Below are positions 18,278-28,188 of a stretch of DNA of 64,000 nt, piece by piece. Both the position numbers and the translations under genes were made by a program. The stretch spans positions 1,654 to 65,653 of IMG/VR virus record IMGVR_UViG_3300008952_000039; one strand, given 5' to 3'. Below the pieces are notes generated by a model. The model searched no databases, was not told the origin of the DNA, and saw nothing but the letters and a program-made list of their open reading frames with translations. Every line of letters begins with the position of its first letter. Position 1 is the first letter of the stretch. This stretch comes from a virus. Taxonomy: Duplodnaviria; Caudoviricetes.

Positions 18278-19880
18278 TGAAATATCTTCGGGCTACTCGT
18301 TTCGGAGATGGTTGTGATCCCTCTTTGTTCACAAAGCCGTGACCGCTTGGTATGACCTTGGCTGAACCGGGATTGTTGTATACGGCTGGTTGTGTCAGAC
18401 CCTGTGTAGGAGGGTGACCGCCAGTTTCTTGGTTGTAGGGTGCGCCAGTTTGAGGAACAACCCAAGTAGGGTTCTTATTGGTTTCTCTCTCATCATCACC
18501 CTCTGGTGTTCCCTTGTCTTTATCCTTCTTATTCCAATTCTGACCCATCTGGTGAGGATGTTGCTGCTCACGATAGAAAGAAGCCTCTTTCTCTGCTGGC
18601 TCATCCTCATCCATATAAAATATCTGACCGAAGACTGCTGGCTCTTGCATCAAAGGAAGTCCTTTGATTTTGTGCCAGTCAGATTGGCTGCGCCTGAATT
18701 CGTCTGCTTGTGATTTCACTTTCAACGAGACACCATTGGTAGAATCTACCCCAAGACTTTCATTCACCATATCACTTGATACGTCCAGACATTGAGCCTC
18801 ATCATCTACATTGATCAGAGAAGAAGCACAGTCCAAAGCCTCCTGTCTACTTACTGGTATATATTCTAAATCTCCCAATTCAGCGAAGATAAGATTAGCC
18901 AAAGCCATTTCATCCTCTTCTGACATTGGAACAGCTATCTCTAAAAACACTTCCAGAGGAATAGATTGAAGGCGACTGTTTTCCATCAAGAAGGTCACCA
19001 TTCCAGTGAGGGGTGAAACATTGTGAACAACAGCCATTTTCACAGTCTGGTCTATCACATCTATCTTTGGAACAATCCCCACCAAGATTTCTGGCGAAGT
19101 CAGGAGCATACCCCTCTTTAGGGATTTCAATTTAGTCTTTCTTTTGAAGGTGCTTCTAATCTTGTTGCGGAGTTTCACAATGGGGAGTTTCAGTCTTCTC
19201 TTAGCCTTAATCTTTTTGCGGATATAGGCTCCCATATTCTGTCTACGCTTTCTTTTGCGAGTGAGTTTATTCTTCCGAGCTTTTCCGGGATTTCTCCTTT
19301 TCAGACTTTTGAATACCTTGGTTTTCAGACTTTTGAGTTTGAAGCGTACTGCTTGCTTCTTCATCAACTGGTATTCTTCTGGAGTGATATCCATAATCTC
19401 CCCTCCATTTTTATGTTTCCGTTTTTCCTCATATCTCTTACGGGTTTTCTTTGCCTGTGGAGTATCTTCCCACTTCTTTTTCCGATCTTTCTGTTCCCGT
19501 TTTGAGTTCTGTTCCTTATAGTCTGATTTATCTTTGTAATCCGACCAAGAAGTAGCTCCCCCTGCTGGTTTTCGCTCTACCTTTTGAGGGTTTTTTCTGG
19601 CTTTCTCTTCATACTTCTTTTTAGGGGTTTTCTTTCGCTTAATCTTCAAAAGCCGTTTAATTTGCCTTTTCATTCTCCCTTTTAATCTCAACCACTTCTT
19701 TTTAAGCTCAATACGGAATTTGGCTCTGGTTTTCTTTTGCTTTTGAGCAGTAGTAGGAAGGACACCGTTAGATTCATCAGCAGTACGAAACATCCACTCA
19801 GAAGCAATGTGAGAGGCAAAATATCTCGCATCTGCTTCTTCCCATTGAGCTATTAAATCCTCTTGTGAAAAATCATCCAT
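18249..19880 (-). CDS. Highly basic hypothetical protein, possibly an internal head/DNA-condensing protein
   Basis: Two long Lys/Arg-rich tracts followed by an acidic domain. C-terminal KRVARRYF. Confidence 0.65.
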   Translation of the reverse strand: MDDFSQEDLIAQWEEADARYFASHIASEWMFRTADESNGVLPTTAQKQKKTRAKFRIELKKKWLRLKGRMKRQIKRLLKIKRKKTPKKKYEEKARKNPQKVERKPAGGATSWSDYKDKSDYKEQNSKREQKDRKKKWEDTPQAKKTRKRYEEKRKHKNGGEIMDITPEEYQLMKKQAVRFKLKSLKTKVFKSLKRRNPGKARKNKLTRKRKRRQNMGAYIRKKIKAKRRLKLPIVKLRNKIRSTFKRKTKLKSLKRGMLLTSPEILVGIVPKIDVIDQTVKMAVVHNVSPLTGMVTFLMENSRLQSIPLEVFLEIAVPMSEEDEMALANLIFAELGDLEYIPVSRQEALDCASSLINVDDEAQCLDVSSDMVNESLGVDSTNGVSLKVKSQADEFRRSQSDWHKIKGLPLMQEPAVFGQIFYMDEDEPAEKEASFYREQQHPHQMGQNWNKKDKDKGTPEGDDERETNKNPTWVVPQTGAPYNQETGGHPPTQGLTQPAVYNNPGSAKVIPSGHGFVNKEGSQPSPKRVARRYFNAKNSPHSR

Positions 19881-21275
19881 TTACACACCAAGGAATTTAT
19901 CGGTGAGCCTCTGAATAGAAGACTTCATTGTCCTACGGGTGACTGAGTAGCCATCATCCTTAGCTGGAGAGCCATAATCTTCACCCGGCAAACTCTTGGT
20001 TCTCACTTTATCCTTGTGAATTGGTCTGCCACCTTCAGCATTTTCACTTTCAGGAGGGGCATTAAACTGGGGTCTGGAGGTTCCCTTTCCATCTGTTTGT
20101 GAGATTGGTAATTTTTTATCTCTCTTGTCAGAGTGATCTTGCCGAATAGGAAGGGCTTGCTGCTTGTTCTCAGGCGAAGAGGGGCCTGATCTCTCTCTAT
20201 CAATAGCGTTCTCTTCAGGGGATTGGCTCGTATTGGAAGGGAGATTACCCTTACTCTTTTCATTCACAAACGTCTGGTATCCCGGAAGTTGTGATGCTGG
20301 CTGGCTATACCCAACTCTTGATCGGTAGTCTCCTCGTAATTGACCCTTGAAGACAGTCACGATTTTAAGAACATAATTCTGTGTGGTTCCCTTACGGGAA
20401 GGCTGGTATGACCACGATACATTGAGGTTGGGGTTGTAATAAGTATCTGAACCCCTTCCTTGGATGCTTCTAACCTTTCCGTAGAATTCAGCATTAGAAG
20501 AATTCCTACCTTCCTGACCGTCTATCCAACCCCTTCCCATTTTTGCTGTCCAGCCTCTTGCTGCATCACGAATCATAACGGCAGTAACACCACGAAGATC
20601 CATCCTATATTGAGCGTGATGAGTGAAGTAAATCAGATCAATGCTCATAGGGAGTTGATATTCTTTCTTACTTTTCTTACTTTTCATACTTTTAGGAAGT
20701 CCAGAGGGCTTAAACCGCACAACATCCGGCCATAATTTAGCAGCAACTCTGTCTTTAATATGATGAACATCTCCCAAAGCTGCACTGGCTTCTGCCTGAT
20801 CAATAAGACCTTCTTGCAATCCTTTTTCAATAATGGAAATTATCTTTTCCTCTCCACCATCTACACCCAAGGTATGAATGGAATGACCCATTCTTCTGGA
20901 AGCCATTCTACGAAAGAATTGTGAAGCTACTCGTCTGGATGATGGGAATGGAGTTTGTGAAAACCTTATAGCCTCATCAACCATCTCCCTATCTCCAAGA
21001 GGTAGTCTCCCCTTGAAAAATTCCTCTCCCATCAGAGAAAGAGCATAGGAAGTCCTATCCAGAACAGCCTCTAATTTGCTCAATCTGTCTGGCATACCTA
21101 TTACTAAATCACCAGCTACTTCATAAAGATGATCTCTAAAATTAGATTTATCAACAAGATGCTGACCCCGATTCACAAGGTGTCGTAAGCGGTGTGCTTC
21201 CACCCTTGCCTCAGAAACAGAGCCAGTAAGTAAAGCCCAAGCCGACTGACTTGAAGAATATTTCTTACTCATCAT
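19881..21275 (-). CDS. Multidomain protein with DUF4258/BECR-fold RNase-like domain
   Basis: IYFTHHAQYRMDLRGVT...LKIVTVF pattern. Also contains RRVASQFF. Confidence 0.55.
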   Translation of the reverse strand: MMSKKYSSSQSAWALLTGSVSEARVEAHRLRHLVNRGQHLVDKSNFRDHLYEVAGDLVIGMPDRLSKLEAVLDRTSYALSLMGEEFFKGRLPLGDREMVDEAIRFSQTPFPSSRRVASQFFRRMASRRMGHSIHTLGVDGGEEKIISIIEKGLQEGLIDQAEASAALGDVHHIKDRVAAKLWPDVVRFKPSGLPKSMKSKKSKKEYQLPMSIDLIYFTHHAQYRMDLRGVTAVMIRDAARGWTAKMGRGWIDGQEGRNSSNAEFYGKVRSIQGRGSDTYYNPNLNVSWSYQPSRKGTTQNYVLKIVTVFKGQLRGDYRSRVGYSQPASQLPGYQTFVNEKSKGNLPSNTSQSPEENAIDRERSGPSSPENKQQALPIRQDHSDKRDKKLPISQTDGKGTSRPQFNAPPESENAEGGRPIHKDKVRTKSLPGEDYGSPAKDDGYSVTRRTMKSSIQRLTDKFLGV

Positions 21276-21334
21276 AAAATCCTTTTCGATTACTACCTAT
21301 CTATGACTAATAGAAGTATCGGAGAAATAACGAT

Positions 21335-21372
21335 AAAAAAAGACCTCACCCACATAAAGAGGATGAGGTCTT
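21335..21372 (-). terminator. Intrinsic terminator after 21394..22221
   Basis: AAGACCTCA...TGAGGTCTT stem with a U tract on the minus strand. Confidence 0.6.
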
Positions 21373-21393
21373 GGCTTTAGGAAGAATGCCTTC

Positions 21394-22221
21394 TCAACCA
21401 GCCTTTGTTCTCTGATCTCTGAGTGTTCTCTCAACTCTCTGTTTTACCCCATTGCTCTCAACTGCTAAAAGGGCTTCTAAAACTTTCGGATTACTACTAT
21501 ATTCTTCAACAATGATCTTGGCTCTCTTTGTCCAATGCTGACCTAAATTCCAAGTGATATTACCAATGGGGGTTTTCACAATCTTCTCATTGGAAGCCTT
21601 GGTGGTTTTTTTGGTAGCTTTCTTCTTGGTGGTCTTGGCTTTAGCTGCATCAGGAAGCAACTCTACCAAGTCCTCTCCAGTAAGGGGTTCTGAAACATCC
21701 CCTGTAGCGGTCTTGGGGTTGTTTAATTCAACCTTTGGAGGTGGTGTGTTGTCCAGTTTGTTAATCTCACTGGCTATCTGAGAAGCACTGGTGAGTGTAG
21801 TACTCTGCTTGGCTGCTGTTTTAATTTTCCCAACGGAAACGGCATCATCTGTATGCGTTGTGGTGGTTCTCTTAACAGCCTTTTCTCCCACTCTCCCCAC
21901 AACCTTCTCCTCATCAGAGACTGATTGGACAGACATAGGCTCCCCACGTTTTCCATCAGCACTGGTAGCTGGACGGATTTTTATATCTGCGGATTTAGGG
22001 ATATATGTAGAGACATTATCCTCTTCGGCTACGAACCAACCAAGTTTCACGGCTGCTTTCAGTGACCCTAAAGAATAAGTCTCTCCAGAGAATTTCAAGG
22101 TCTGTCCGTCATATTCAACAATATCCCCTTCAAATATATCCATTTCAAATTTACCAAGATGAATCTTGGTCGTAGCCTTGAAGGTATGAAACTCTCCCCT
22201 CTTAAAAATAATGCTGCTCAA
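21394..22221 (-). CDS. Hypothetical protein
   Basis: 275 aa with TTG start and AGGAGG RBS. Confidence 0.7.
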   Translation of the reverse strand: MSSIIFKRGEFHTFKATTKIHLGKFEMDIFEGDIVEYDGQTLKFSGETYSLGSLKAAVKLGWFVAEEDNVSTYIPKSADIKIRPATSADGKRGEPMSVQSVSDEEKVVGRVGEKAVKRTTTTHTDDAVSVGKIKTAAKQSTTLTSASQIASEINKLDNTPPPKVELNNPKTATGDVSEPLTGEDLVELLPDAAKAKTTKKKATKKTTKASNEKIVKTPIGNITWNLGQHWTKRAKIIVEEYSSNPKVLEALLAVESNGVKQRVERTLRDQRTKAG

Positions 22222-22272
22222 AGCAACCTCCTATTGATTTCACATTTACATTTTTATCATAGTACCGAGGTA

Positions 22273-22539
22273 TCAATGTACTTGATCACTCTTAATCCGT
22301 TTGAGTAGATCCAAAGAGAAGTTTTTTGCCAGATGTGAAGCTACCTCTGATAGAAATTCTTTTCTCAACCGCACCCTTGTAACTACATAAGCAGCTTTTT
22401 CTACGGGAGAAGTGAGAAGAAAGTCCAGAAAACAATCAGAAGGAGTGTCTGGATCTTCCACCACCCTAAAAGCATTGGCATAAAGTCCAACAAGGGAGGC
22501 TGTTTTTCCTATTTTCACTTTATATTGAGGTTCTGACAT
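22273..22539 (-). CDS. Hypothetical protein
   Basis: 88 aa, TAATG-coupled to the upstream gene. Confidence 0.6.
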   Translation of the reverse strand: MSEPQYKVKIGKTASLVGLYANAFRVVEDPDTPSDCFLDFLLTSPVEKAAYVVTRVRLRKEFLSEVASHLAKNFSLDLLKRIKSDQVH

Positions 22540-23033
22540 TATCTTAGTTTCACTCTACTGTCCGTATTAAGAACGAATTTTGTTGTACTAAAACAAAACC
22601 CAACCCTAACACTCGTATTTCCCGAAGAGGAAGGTGGAACATTAGTCACCCTACCCACAACTTCTGATAAAAAAACCTGATCCCCCGTAGAAAAAGCCAT
22701 TGCTGCTTCTCCAAATAAAACAACTTCCGACCCTCTAAGGGCTGCTACTTCCGTTCTGGCTGCGGTATGAGAAGTATCATTCACAAGAAATCCGAAGAAA
22801 TTAGAAGCCGTTGAAATATCTGTAGGGATCAAAATAGCTGTACCACTGCCATTGTCTACTAAAGAGACTGCCATTCCCTGTGGGTACAAGAAAGGATTGG
22901 GAAGGTTAGCAGGGTCAAAACCCAAGTCTATAAGCACTGCATTGGACAATAGGGAGGGGTTTATCAATTGTGTCTGCGGAGGGAGAGAGATGACCCCTGT
23001 GGCTGCTGTAACAGGCTTAATAGCTATGGGCAT
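22539..23033 (-). CDS. Capsid cement/decoration-like protein (DUF2190-like fold)
   Basis: GD.VFLS...GRVT...P.....VRVG resembles the C-terminal domain of 23886..27848. Confidence 0.5.
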   Translation of the reverse strand: MPIAIKPVTAATGVISLPPQTQLINPSLLSNAVLIDLGFDPANLPNPFLYPQGMAVSLVDNGSGTAILIPTDISTASNFFGFLVNDTSHTAARTEVAALRGSEVVLFGEAAMAFSTGDQVFLSEVVGRVTNVPPSSSGNTSVRVGFCFSTTKFVLNTDSRVKLR

Positions 23034-23336
23034 TTACCCCTCCAAAGTCTGGCTCTCAAGATACTGAATGATAACATCAACAGCGTAGCAAAAAGCAGCA
23101 GCAGAGAAAGCCCACACGATAAGAGAAGGAGCCACTGTAAGGGCATCCATTTCTGGCATCCCTGTCATAAAATATGAAAAGAGCCAAGCCAGCCAACCGC
23201 AGTGAAAACCCATACAATAGGAACACTGCAACAGCTTATCCAACCAATCGTTCTTTCCGTGAAGGAAAGGAAGTTTGTTCATAAAGCCAAAGCATAGCCC
23301 ATAACAAAAGACAAGTACGGTGAGACTTGGGATCAT
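23034..23336 (-). CDS. DUF1360-like membrane protein
   Basis: Three hydrophobic segments and LLQCSYCMGFH.GW (C.xC...W) motif. Confidence 0.6.
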   Translation of the reverse strand: MIPSLTVLVFCYGLCFGFMNKLPFLHGKNDWLDKLLQCSYCMGFHCGWLAWLFSYFMTGMPEMDALTVAPSLIVWAFSAAAFCYAVDVIIQYLESQTLEG

Positions 23337-23764
23337 TTCTTTCTCCTATTGGATGTCCTCTTTTTACGGACAGGTTTTTTCTTTGGAGGTTCTTCTTCCT
23401 CCGATTTCTGTCCTATAATACCGCTGAGATTGATAGAAGGTGCAAAAGTTTGTGTGTCAGACAGAGGATTTTTATGTTTTATCCTACAACACGACACTCC
23501 CTTCTTCACTTTTGTCTCTGCTGACTTAGCGATTAGCTTCATCGTGGTATCAGGAATACCATCCCCGTCTATGTCACAAGCAAAAGAGATCACTAATTCA
23601 TACTGATTAAGAGCCTCTGTCAAAATGGTTGTCTCTTCAATGTTCTGATTTAGCTCATCTCCAAATTGCATGTGTTCTTGGAATTGAACACGAATCAAAC
23701 GAAGAATTGCCTCACCCAAACCAATCCTTACATCTTCACCATCTTTTCCACTTAAATCCAACAT
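23333..23764 (-). CDS. Hypothetical protein
   Basis: 143 aa with AGGAG RBS and a DIDGDGIPD Ca-binding-like loop. Confidence 0.65.
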   Translation of the reverse strand: MLDLSGKDGEDVRIGLGEAILRLIRVQFQEHMQFGDELNQNIEETTILTEALNQYELVISFACDIDGDGIPDTTMKLIAKSAETKVKKGVSCCRIKHKNPLSDTQTFAPSINLSGIIGQKSEEEEPPKKKPVRKKRTSNRRKK

Positions 23765-23831
23765 ATTTCACATTCTCCTACTTTTCACAAAGGGGAAGTT
23801 ATTGACTGAGTACCAATATACCCCCAAAAGT

Positions 23832-23860
23832 AAAAAAGCCCCTTCCGAAGAAGGGGCTTT
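23832..23860. terminator. Intrinsic terminator after the 1320-aa fibre gene
   Basis: AAAGCCCCTTC-cgaa-GAAGGGGCTTT. The loop reads UUCG on the minus strand, with flanking A/T runs. Confidence 0.85.
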
Positions 23861-23885
23861 GTTTTAATCAATCAGGTTCCTAAGA

Positions 23886-26800
23886 TTAGGTTCTGATAAG
23901 TGATCTGAAGCTTGGTTGGAAGATGCACATATAAACACCAACAGAGACATTAGCAATGGAAGCAATATACCCCACAACCCAAACTTCACCAGCAGTACTT
24001 GGAGCAGTTTTTGTAACACATCCCTTGGTAGCAGACATGAACACAGCCTTTCCAATGTCATCTATTACTGGATTTCCACCAGCAAATTTCATTGGAACCA
24101 GAGAGCCGGGAACCATACAGACCTTCTTCTCTACCCAGTTGCTTCCATCTGAGTCTTCCATCAGAACACCCATTGGTCGCATAGAACCTGCATTTCCCTT
24201 ATCAGAATCCGTATTACCGTTTTGCTGACAAGCTTTGTAAACAACAGTCTCACCACTACCACCACCAGCAGTCTCAATGGCTTCTTCATCGTGACCGATA
24301 AAGACAATCATTCCTTGGTCAAGTTGCTTTTCTACTTTGAGATTTTTATTAGTCTGTACTGGATAGTTAGCTTCTGCATTTTGTCTACCGTGAGTCTTTT
24401 TCTCCATCTCAATATACTTAGAACGAACAACAAAAGCATCTACTCTTGTTAGATGTTCTACGTTTGCAGCACCATTACCACCAACTTGAGCCTTTATAGC
24501 ACCAGCAGCATTTGAGGCTCTAAAAAGAATTGCATCATCACTGGCATGTTGACCAATAATGGTAGCTTCAGCAGTAGCATCGACACTATACTTTGCAGCA
24601 GCAGTCAATTCAATACCACCAGCAGAAGAGTGCATCTTAATAGCCTCAGTAGCACTGGTTCCAGAGGAAAGAACCAATACAGAAGAATCTGTAGCTCCAG
24701 TAACCTCAATCTTCAAATCTTGAGCATCAGCAGCAGAAGCTACTGTAAACTGAGAAGCAGCCTGTGTAGCATTAAACTGTATCGAACCACCAGCAGTAGA
24801 AGTACCATTGATACCACCACCTTTCGATTCTATACGAACACCACCAGCAGTATCATCGCTTACAATATGAACAGCATTGGCGGCATTTTTCCCACCATCT
24901 AAGGTCAGCTTTCCAGAAGCATTAACCTCATAAGCAACAGCAGTACACAACGTGTTTCCAGTGGAGGCTGTGGTAAGAGTGGTTCCAGCAGTCAATGCTA
25001 TAGCAGCAGCAGCATCAGCAGTAATACCACCAACAGTAGCATTTAAGTCAATAGCATTGGCTTCGTTTCCAGCAGAGTTGAGAGTAATATTGTTTGTACC
25101 ACCGCCAGCAGCCTGAATTGTTATATCAGAATCAGCTATGGTAGTAGCAATTGTGGCTCCAGATTGTCCTGTTATAGAAACAGCACCACCAGTAGACAGC
25201 AGGTTAAAACCAGCAGAACCACAGTCCAGATCCATACCACTGGCAGCAGCAGTAGCTTGGATACTAATAGCAGCAGCATCAGCCTCTCCAGATTGCATCT
25301 TAACAGAGCCATCAACACAGATTACTTTTAAATCTTTACCAGCAGTACCAGTGTGTTGAATAGTAAAATCTTGACTGTTTGAACTGGAAACAAGATTTAC
25401 CAGACCTGTTGAAAGTAGATCAAAACCAGCACTCTTCGCATCTATATCAATACCACCACCAGCATTCTGATTGACGAGTGTAATAGCATTAACATCAGCT
25501 TTATTAGAGTTTAACTCAATCTTACCTTTTGCTACAGCCTTAATACCACCATTAGGAGTATTAAATCGCATTGCAAGATCAGTATTCCCCTCTGCCTTGA
25601 TATCCATCAGGGTATCTTGATTTCCAGTAAGGAAGATATTAAGACCTTTATCATCAGCATTAGCAACTCTTTCAATGGTCTGTTGAGCAGCAGCAGCAGA
25701 ATTAAAGGTTAGGGCTGCTGCTGCACTGGATCTCACTTCACCAGTGAAAGCGACAACACCTGCACCTGTTTGAGTGAGTGCAGCACCAGTGAGTAATACA
25801 GTGTTAGAAGCCTGATCCCATTTGAAAAGAGAACCGTTAGTATCTCCGTAAGCCGTGAGATCAACACCAGCAGAACCACCAGAAGCACCAACCGTCACCG
25901 CACCTTGGATGGAAGTAACACCAGCATTGCTAACAGTGAATTTATTACCATTGATCGCCACATCGTTTGGCTTAAAAGTTACTGTGGTAGAAACATCTGT
26001 GGCAGAGGCTTTTAATTTATCTGCACCATTAACTCTGACGGCAACAGTACTATCAGCAGCAGTGGCTTCGATCTTAATAGCATCGGCTGAAGCCTTTGTA
26101 GATACCAAATTCATAATACCAGCAGCTTTAGAATAGTACCCATTTGCATCAGTACTTGTACTTTCCATAAAAAGACCACCAGAAGTTTTTAACTCCAATG
26201 CACCCTGATTATTTGCTGCTCTGGTTCCTGCACTCTCAATAGTAAGCACCTCATTAGCAGCCGTACTACCATCAAAAAGCATCTTGATTTGAGTGTCTGC
26301 TGCTGCATTACCCATACGAATCTCTGCATCATTATGAGCTTGCACAACCATTTTCGTAGCAGCAGCTTGACCTTCAATCCAAAGACCACCAGCAGCTTGA
26401 GAACCTGTGGATAGGATTTTCAACGCACCTGCACCAGAATACTCAATCCCTAAATTCTTGTCATTTACACCAGCAGCCTTTTCGATTTTCTGATGAGAAG
26501 CAGCAGTATCAAAAGTAATATCTCCAGCAGCAGTAACACCATTAAGATCGGATGTTCCTGTTACACTGAGATTTTGACCAATGGTAAGATCCTTACGAGC
26601 GGTCACTATGTTAGCCTGAACCTTTAACTCAGAGTTGCCTTGTTGCTTCAAATGGATTTCACCAGCAGCATTTACTGCTTGAAGGATAATAGCATCAGCA
26701 TTATTCAAATCAGATTTGAGCAAAATTTCTTTTACAGCATTGGTGTTACCAACAAGGAATTTACCTTTAACACCACCACTACCATCAATAGTAACTCCAC

Positions 26801-27848
26801 TACCATCTTGACCCAATGTAATAGCAAGTGGTTTAGCAGAACCAGCAGCCGTTGCCAGCGTACCGTTCCCGTTATCGTAGGTTTCTTGAATAGTAACACC
26901 AGAAGTGTCTCCAACCTTCACCCAACTACCAACAGCAGTGGCTTTGCTTAGGCAATTCTTAAGAATTGCTAATTCTCCAGCAGCAATTGCACCACCAGCA
27001 TCGGTCAATGCCTTTCCTGCACCAGAACCACTGGTAGCCAGAGCAGAAACCTTCACACGTTGGATTTTAGTATCAGCATCCACCACATTAGCGGTGGCAG
27101 CCAAATCCTTACTGCAAAATGGTAGATCGGCTGGCAATGCTGTTCCATTTGTTCCGTAAAACTCAATGGTGGTAGTACCAGCAGCATGGGTAGCATTCTT
27201 TACCAAATAATAACCATCATACTCTTCCTTCTTACACTTAACGAGCGCAACGAGGACATCATCACCATAACGAGCAGCGACATTGCCAGTTACTGTAACA
27301 ATAGGACCATCCGAACCAGTACCTGCAACAGAAGTAGCAACCGCATCTTTAATGGCATTACCAGTACTACCATCTTCTACAGAAGCAGTTGACATCACCA
27401 TACCAGCAGCAGAACCGGGGTCATGGGAAGCATACTCTGACCAATTCAAAGCTATGATGTTGTCACCGAAATTTAACTGCTCAGTAGAAGCAGAGACAAG
27501 GGAGCCTGTGATTTCAAGATTACCACCAATCTGTACATTCCCTGTGATTTCCATTGACTGAGTAGCAGTTACCTGTCCATCGGTTGCAACTCCAAATAAA
27601 GTAGAGTTACCACTATCTTGAACAGCAAAACCTTTAGAGGCTCCTCCAGTGGCTGGCAATTTTACCAGAACGGAATTTGCAACATCTCCCTGATGAACAA
27701 GAATGTTTTGTGATGCTTCGTTCGTGATAGAGCGAGATTTTAAATCCTGAAGGACTGTTTCCATTGTTTGGGTGACGGTATCACCAGCCTTAGCATTTTT
27801 AAGCTCTCCGTCTTTAAATACTTGAATTTGATCGGTAAAATTAGCCAT
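23886..27848 (-). CDS. Large head fibre/decoration protein (repetitive beta-strand shaft plus C-terminal cement-like domain)
   Basis: 1320 aa, Ala/Gly/Thr-rich with repeated DAI.I.A...AGGI.I units. Directly downstream of the major capsid gene. Confidence 0.6.
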   Translation of the reverse strand: MANFTDQIQVFKDGELKNAKAGDTVTQTMETVLQDLKSRSITNEASQNILVHQGDVANSVLVKLPATGGASKGFAVQDSGNSTLFGVATDGQVTATQSMEITGNVQIGGNLEITGSLVSASTEQLNFGDNIIALNWSEYASHDPGSAAGMVMSTASVEDGSTGNAIKDAVATSVAGTGSDGPIVTVTGNVAARYGDDVLVALVKCKKEEYDGYYLVKNATHAAGTTTIEFYGTNGTALPADLPFCSKDLAATANVVDADTKIQRVKVSALATSGSGAGKALTDAGGAIAAGELAILKNCLSKATAVGSWVKVGDTSGVTIQETYDNGNGTLATAAGSAKPLAITLGQDGSGVTIDGSGGVKGKFLVGNTNAVKEILLKSDLNNADAIILQAVNAAGEIHLKQQGNSELKVQANIVTARKDLTIGQNLSVTGTSDLNGVTAAGDITFDTAASHQKIEKAAGVNDKNLGIEYSGAGALKILSTGSQAAGGLWIEGQAAATKMVVQAHNDAEIRMGNAAADTQIKMLFDGSTAANEVLTIESAGTRAANNQGALELKTSGGLFMESTSTDANGYYSKAAGIMNLVSTKASADAIKIEATAADSTVAVRVNGADKLKASATDVSTTVTFKPNDVAINGNKFTVSNAGVTSIQGAVTVGASGGSAGVDLTAYGDTNGSLFKWDQASNTVLLTGAALTQTGAGVVAFTGEVRSSAAAALTFNSAAAAQQTIERVANADDKGLNIFLTGNQDTLMDIKAEGNTDLAMRFNTPNGGIKAVAKGKIELNSNKADVNAITLVNQNAGGGIDIDAKSAGFDLLSTGLVNLVSSSNSQDFTIQHTGTAGKDLKVICVDGSVKMQSGEADAAAISIQATAAASGMDLDCGSAGFNLLSTGGAVSITGQSGATIATTIADSDITIQAAGGGTNNITLNSAGNEANAIDLNATVGGITADAAAAIALTAGTTLTTASTGNTLCTAVAYEVNASGKLTLDGGKNAANAVHIVSDDTAGGVRIESKGGGINGTSTAGGSIQFNATQAASQFTVASAADAQDLKIEVTGATDSSVLVLSSGTSATEAIKMHSSAGGIELTAAAKYSVDATAEATIIGQHASDDAILFRASNAAGAIKAQVGGNGAANVEHLTRVDAFVVRSKYIEMEKKTHGRQNAEANYPVQTNKNLKVEKQLDQGMIVFIGHDEEAIETAGGGSGETVVYKACQQNGNTDSDKGNAGSMRPMGVLMEDSDGSNWVEKKVCMVPGSLVPMKFAGGNPVIDDIGKAVFMSATKGCVTKTAPSTAGEVWVVGYIASIANVSVGVYMCIFQPSFRSLIRT

Positions 27849-28134
27849 TTTCTATTCTCCTAAGAATGAACTTTTTGTAGCAGTTGAGAAGCTATGAAAT
27901 AGTTGAGAAGTGACATAGAGATTCTAAGGTATGAAGAAAACCAGCAATCCCTAAGATTGAGATTTGCATACTCCTCTATCAATAAGGGATTGGTATAAAC
28001 CCCCTATTGAAAAGGGTGGCAGAAAAAATCGCCCTTGTGTGAGGCAGGCTCCGAACTTCCAATTGAGAAAAATAAAGATTTTTCCAAGAAAGATTTGAAA
28101 CTCTTATTTCTGAGATCCCACAGACAAGAAAAGT

Positions 28135-28163
28135 AAAAAGGGCTGGATCAAATGATCCAGCCC
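28135..28163 (-). terminator. Intrinsic terminator after the major capsid gene
   Basis: GGGCTGGATC-aaat-GATCCAGCCC with a U5 tract on the minus strand. Confidence 0.85.
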
Positions 28164-28188
28164 CCATTGTGAAAATCACGATTGTGAT

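Noticed and set aside
27850-28188. 340-nt gap after MCP as a tRNA/ncRNA or the 66-aa ORF 27979..28179
   Set aside because: No cloverleaf is visible. The ORF crosses the terminator and lacks an RBS. The region is explained by the terminator, promoter motifs and a short AGTTGAGAAG direct repeat.
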